DNA from: an uncultured Gemmatimonadota bacterium
GTDB taxonomy: Bacteria; SM23-81; DAOVCL01
Length of the DNA: 30,350 nucleotides
Assembly: GCA_964626665.1 (NCBI GenBank)
Contig: CAZVGK010000033.1
Coordinates: 1 to 30,350 of the forward strand
Direction of reading: 5' to 3'
Part shown: positions 26,741 through 30,350 of the stretch, one piece after another
How positions within the stretch are numbered: position 1 is the first letter of the stretch
Layout of the letters: each line of letters starts with the position of its first letter
Notes under the pieces: generated by a model
Databases searched by the model: none
What the model saw: the letters and a program-made list of their open reading frames with translations, nothing else
What the model was told of the DNA's origin: nothing
Translations under genes and position numbers: made by a program

Positions 26741-27910
26741 ATGAGAGGAAAATTTTTTAAAGGAAGATATTGGCTATTTTTGCTTTTCCTAACTCCCTTG
26801 ACTGTGGTTGGCCAAGATTCAGGCCTCCAGGATTCCGTTTCAGACACTACCTTGGGAATAGCGACTGAGGTTCACATTGGAGACGGTGGGATAACCATTG
26901 TTAAGGAGAAGAGGGGAAGGGCCTCCACGCGGGTTTACATTGATAAGAAAAAGCTATCCAAATTGAGTTCTATTCACCCCTCTAAATCGGAGAGTGGAGA
27001 CATTGTCAGGTTTGGTGAGGACATCATCATAGAGGTAGGAGAGGTGGTAAGTGGGGATGTGGTGGCCATAGGAGGGGACATTCAGATAGCTGGCACTGTA
27101 GCTGGTGATGTAGTAGCCGTGGGGGGAGATGTGGTAGCCAAATCCACAGCCGTGATCAGGGGTGATGCGGTAAGTGTAGGCGGTAAGGTAACCAAAGAGC
27201 CTGGAGCCGAGCTAAGAGGTTCCAGGATTGGCACCCCCTTCCCCCCCAAGTTCTTATTTCGCTGGGGCACTAAAGGTTGGAGAGGTCCTCCTCCCTGTCC
27301 CCATCCTCGCTTCACCCCAGGGGCTGGATTCACCCTTGTCCTCTTCTTCGTCTTCCTCTGCCTCTCTCTCTTGATCACCCTCTTTTTGCCAAATCACATT
27401 AAGAGGATAAATGCCTCCATAGAGGGGGGATTTTTGAAAGCCGGTTTAGTGGGCTTCTTGGTCGATATACTCATCTTGCCGGTCTTTGTTATGCTCTGCA
27501 TCACCATTATAGGGATTCCTGTGGCCTTTTTGGTAGAGCCAATCGTCCTCTTTGTAGCTATGATCCTGGGTTTTGCCGGAATCAGCCTCTTCTTAGGGGA
27601 AAAGATAAACCAAACCACCAGTCTAACTCTCTCCTCCCCTCTAACCAAGGTATTAGTAGGAGGAGTAATCATAGAACTCCTTCCCTGCTTGGCCATCCTG
27701 ACGGGAATAGGAGGGGGGATTCTTGCTCCTCTCTCCTCGGTTTTGCACATTATAGGCTGGCTAACCCTCTATATCGGGTGGACGGTAGGATTTGGGGCTG
27801 TATTTCTCACCAGATTTGGCACGAGGGCTCTATTATCGGAAAAGACTCAGATTCAAGAGGGAAAAACCACAGAAACTTCAGAGCAGACCAAAGAGGCTTC
27901 AAGAGATTAG
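26741..27910 (+). CDS. Membrane protein with N-terminal beta-helical (polymer-forming/bactofilin-like) repeats
   Basis: GDVVAIGGDI repeats followed by about 5 TM helices; AGGGGG RBS before the ATG at 26741. Confidence 0.85.
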   Translation: MRGKFFKGRYWLFLLFLTPLTVVGQDSGLQDSVSDTTLGIATEVHIGDGGITIVKEKRGRASTRVYIDKKKLSKLSSIHPSKSESGDIVRFGEDIIIEVGEVVSGDVVAIGGDIQIAGTVAGDVVAVGGDVVAKSTAVIRGDAVSVGGKVTKEPGAELRGSRIGTPFPPKFLFRWGTKGWRGPPPCPHPRFTPGAGFTLVLFFVFLCLSLLITLFLPNHIKRINASIEGGFLKAGLVGFLVDILILPVFVMLCITIIGIPVAFLVEPIVLFVAMILGFAGISLFLGEKINQTTSLTLSSPLTKVLVGGVIIELLPCLAILTGIGGGILAPLSSVLHIIGWLTLYIGWTVGFGAVFLTRFGTRALLSEKTQIQEGKTTETSEQTKEASRD

Positions 27911-27986
27911 GGTAATCCCTTGGTCAAAATTTATGGTCGATAGCCCGACTTTACTATGAATTTCTAAGCGGTCAGTTGGCGTAGGC

Positions 27987-28154
27987 AGTTATTCCTCCGG
28001 CCACATTATAGTTTGCACATTGCTATTTCAAGTGTCATTGCGAGGAGCGTAGCGACGAAGCAATCCCGTAGTCTCAACAGGTATTCGGCGTTTTCAGATT
28101 GCTTCGCTGCGCTCGCAATGACATGCACCCTACTTTACGCTCCCAGTAGTATTT
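27987..28154 (-). mobile_element. MITE-like element, copy 2 (inverted)
   Basis: Reverse complement of 24400-24594 with indels. Confidence 0.7.
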
Positions 28155-28163
28155 CCTAAAAGT

Positions 28164-28208
28164 GAGGTGGTAGAACCCCGATTCTACCACCTTCTTCTCC
28201 TACCGTCA
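28164..28208. repeat. REP-like hairpin, copy 2
   Basis: gaggtggtagaa-cccc-gattctaccacctt. Confidence 0.65.
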
Positions 28209-28300
28209 GGCGAAGCACTTGACGGTTCGTCAGGGAATGGTTAGATGAGGGTATCTGACCTTTAATCGTTAATTTGGTTCCCTAACAAAAGGAGGATCTA

Positions 28301-29122
28301 ATGTTTTGGAGAAAAATAAATTCCACATTTGCTTTTTTGGTTCTCCTCTCCTTCGGAGTTCAAACATCATTTGCTCACCAGTATGAGGAAACCTTGGATA
28401 GGACTTTCGCTCTAAAGCCCGGAGGTGAGCTCATCTTGATCAATACCAACGGTAAGGTCACCGTTAGGGCGTGGGATCAGGAAAAACTGCGGTTGAGAGC
28501 AGAGTTGAGGGTTGAGGCTCAAAATAGAGAAGAGGCGAGGAAGATAGCAGAGGAGGCGATAGCGATCGATCAGACACCTGAACAGATTCAGATCGAGACG
28601 AAGAGGGAGAAAGTGATCAGCCTGTGGAAATCGCTCTTTGGGAAGAAGAAGAGGTCAAAGGTGTGCAGAGTGGACTATGAGCTTACCCTCCCCCGCAGGA
28701 CTGATCTGGATATAAGATCGGTAAACGGGGGAATCGGGATAACCGATATCGAGGGAGGAATAGAGGCAAGGACCACCAACGGGGGGATTGGAATCTCAGG
28801 GGTTTCCAGCTCTGTAAATGCTCACACCACAAATGGTGGCATCAAGGTGGAGTTAAATGAAGTTAGCCCTGATGAATCAATGAGCTTTACTACCACAAAC
28901 GGTGGTATAAAAGTCTGTCTTCCCCAGACCATTAAAGCTGATATTTCGGCCCGCACCACCAATGGAAGGATTCACACTGATTTACCCCTGGAAGTCAAGG
29001 GTAGTTTTAACAGCAGAAATATCAAGGGAAAAATCAACGGAGGAGGTGCTCTAGTTAAGCTTAACACGACCAATGGGGGGATAAGCATATTGTCGGTTAG
29101 TGAAAAAGGGGATAAACATTGA
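28301..29122 (+). CDS. DUF4097 beta-strand repeat protein, secreted
   Basis: Signal peptide; repeated TTNGGI motifs. Confidence 0.9.
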   Translation: MFWRKINSTFAFLVLLSFGVQTSFAHQYEETLDRTFALKPGGELILINTNGKVTVRAWDQEKLRLRAELRVEAQNREEARKIAEEAIAIDQTPEQIQIETKREKVISLWKSLFGKKKRSKVCRVDYELTLPRRTDLDIRSVNGGIGITDIEGGIEARTTNGGIGISGVSSSVNAHTTNGGIKVELNEVSPDESMSFTTTNGGIKVCLPQTIKADISARTTNGRIHTDLPLEVKGSFNSRNIKGKINGGGALVKLNTTNGGISILSVSEKGDKH

Positions 29123-29470
29123 AAAGGAGGGGGGAAGAACCTCGCTCTTCTTCACACATTTCACCTTTAGCCTTCTAAGATCTTGAAGTTAGAACTTCTT
29201 CTTAAATCCCCTAAGATGGATTCCTGGGTGGGGATAGAGCTCGGCCCAGTACGCGCCCAATTTCCTTTTTGGATAGACCATCTCCCAGCAGGAGAGAAGA
29301 AAGCCGCCTTCCGCTGGCTGGTGGATCTCAATCTCCGTGCCCTGGCACCGTTTTAGGCAGATGAGAACAGCCCAGCAAAGCCGCAACTAAAAAAGGCCAC
29401 AGATTACACAGATTTCAGTGAATCCTTAGAACACGAATAACACTCATTAAAATCCCAGTCTATCATCTCT

Positions 29471-29542
29471 GCATAACGACAAAGCTTACCTGCTGCTATG
29501 TAACACAGCGGAATAGCGGTCAGGTGCAGTGCCTTGTTAGCC
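29471..29542 (-). other. attC recombination site
   Basis: GCATAAC-gacaaagcttacctg...caggtgcagtgcctt-GTTAGCC, 72 bp. Confidence 0.88.
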
Positions 29543-29546
29543 GTTA

Positions 29547-29747
29547 TCATGCTACCTTGTGTTTTGCAATTAGCTCGCGTATTTTTGGTACTAGCTCTCT
29601 TGGGACTTCCATCACCGTTTGACCCAACTCCTCAAGTGCTGCCTCGTCTTCAGCAACGGCTTCTTCTTCAGACTGTGATTCATAATGAGCTATCACCCTT
29701 TTTACACGTTCAGAGTCCCAGCCTGGTGGGAATTTACTTTGTTTCAT
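29547..29747 (-). CDS. Small acidic protein, putative antitoxin
   Basis: FPPGWD...HYESQSEEEAVAEDEAA; 4-nt overlap with the upstream gene. Confidence 0.75.
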   Translation of the reverse strand: MKQSKFPPGWDSERVKRVIAHYESQSEEEAVAEDEAALEELGQTVMEVPRELVPKIRELIAKHKVA

Positions 29748-30028
29748 TTTTTCTTTCTCCTCCTACGGCGACGATATGCAATTAATGGCTTACCTCGTAG
29801 TTCATAAGCTGTGATTACAAAAACGCTATTCGGAGCTGGGTCGGGAACATAGATTACTCTAAGGTAAAGTCCGCCTGATGTTCGTCCAATAGCAACTCTT
29901 GATCCTTCTCGGCCTGGTCGATCTTCTCCAGGATTTGAGAGAAGCTCTTCCACTTCTGTTTCCTCAACATCATGTCCGCAGATATGAGGTAATTCTGTTT
30001 CTGGATCAATGTAATAACGAATATTCAA
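29744..30028 (-). CDS. DUF4258/BrnT-like putative toxin
   Basis: HDVEETEVEE...GRTSGG.YLRVIY...FVITAY; basic tail; TTG start. Confidence 0.72.
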   Translation of the reverse strand: MNIRYYIDPETELPHICGHDVEETEVEELLSNPGEDRPGREGSRVAIGRTSGGLYLRVIYVPDPAPNSVFVITAYELRGKPLIAYRRRRRRKKK

Positions 30029-30057
30029 TATGCTACCTTTCCTGTCATTATTTTATC

Positions 30058-30130
30058 AGCTAACGACCAAGCTCACCTGCTGGCAATGAGCGCTAGCGAA
30101 TTGCCAGTCAGGTGGAGCGATTTGTTATCT
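30058..30130 (-). other. attC recombination site
   Basis: AGCTAAC-gaccaagctcacctg-ctggcaat..attgccag-tcaggtggagcgattt-GTTATCT, 73 bp. Confidence 0.92.
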
Positions 30131-30349
30131 GCCAGTATTATTCTTTGATATTTCATCGAGTGCCCAAGAAGCTCTCTTCCGAACTTTCCGATCAGGGTCT
30201 TTTGATACCTTTTGTAAAGCTGGGACAGCAGCTTTAGCATCTGGACCTATCATTCCGAGTATTTCAACAGTATAATACCTAATCCGCCAATCATCATTCT
30301 CTAAGTACCGTATAAGGTCTGGAATTATTTCCTTTGCCTTTGGCCCCAG
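30125..30349 (-). CDS. HEAT-repeat protein, C-terminal part (runs off window)
   Basis: My translation ...ILGMIGPDAKAAVPALQKVSKDPDRKVRKRASWALDEI...; TAA inside the attC core. Confidence 0.82.
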   Translation of the reverse strand: MGPKAKEIIPDLIRYLENDDWRIRYYTVEILGMIGPDAKAAVPALQKVSKDPDRKVRKRASWALDEISKNNTGR

Positions 30350-30350
30350 C

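Noticed and set aside
29189-29386. 65-aa ORF
   Set aside because: No RBS or recognisable motif; begins inside a short repeat (gttgcggctttgc, also at 162-174)
1-30350. Integron integrase or transposase gene
   Set aside because: No ORF with tyrosine-recombinase R-H-R-Y, DDE, HUH or DEDD motifs is recognisable
1-30350. CRISPR array
   Set aside because: No regularly spaced direct repeats; the repeats are separated by whole genes

Overview
Bacterial window with three parts. (1) About 1.4-18.2 kb is a minus-strand integron-type gene-cassette array. Roughly 20 unrelated genes (two restriction-modification modules, DUF4258-type toxin-antitoxin pairs, GNAT, radical SAM, HEAT-repeat, peptidases, thermonuclease, membrane proteins) are separated by intact, degenerate or collapsed attC-like sites. 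The array starts at an attI-like triple palindrome (18155-18231), and no integrase is present in the window. (2) 18.3-29.1 kb is a core-like block: a MoxR/DUF58/vWA-BatA operon (-) divergent from an ECF sigma factor, two DUF4097 proteins, a DUF4932-like lipoprotein and a membrane protein (+), with several MITE/REP-like repeats. (3) From 29.47 kb a second minus-strand cassette array with two canonical attC sites runs off the window end. The most unusual signals are a four-copy ~103-bp non-coding element with GATAAGCTAA inverted ends that abuts attC crossover points, 14-18 bp complementarity between the two ends of individual cassettes, and a duplicated TA cassette whose other copy has decayed through a 99-bp deletion and a 171-bp MITE insertion. 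All calls are by eye; no database searches were run.
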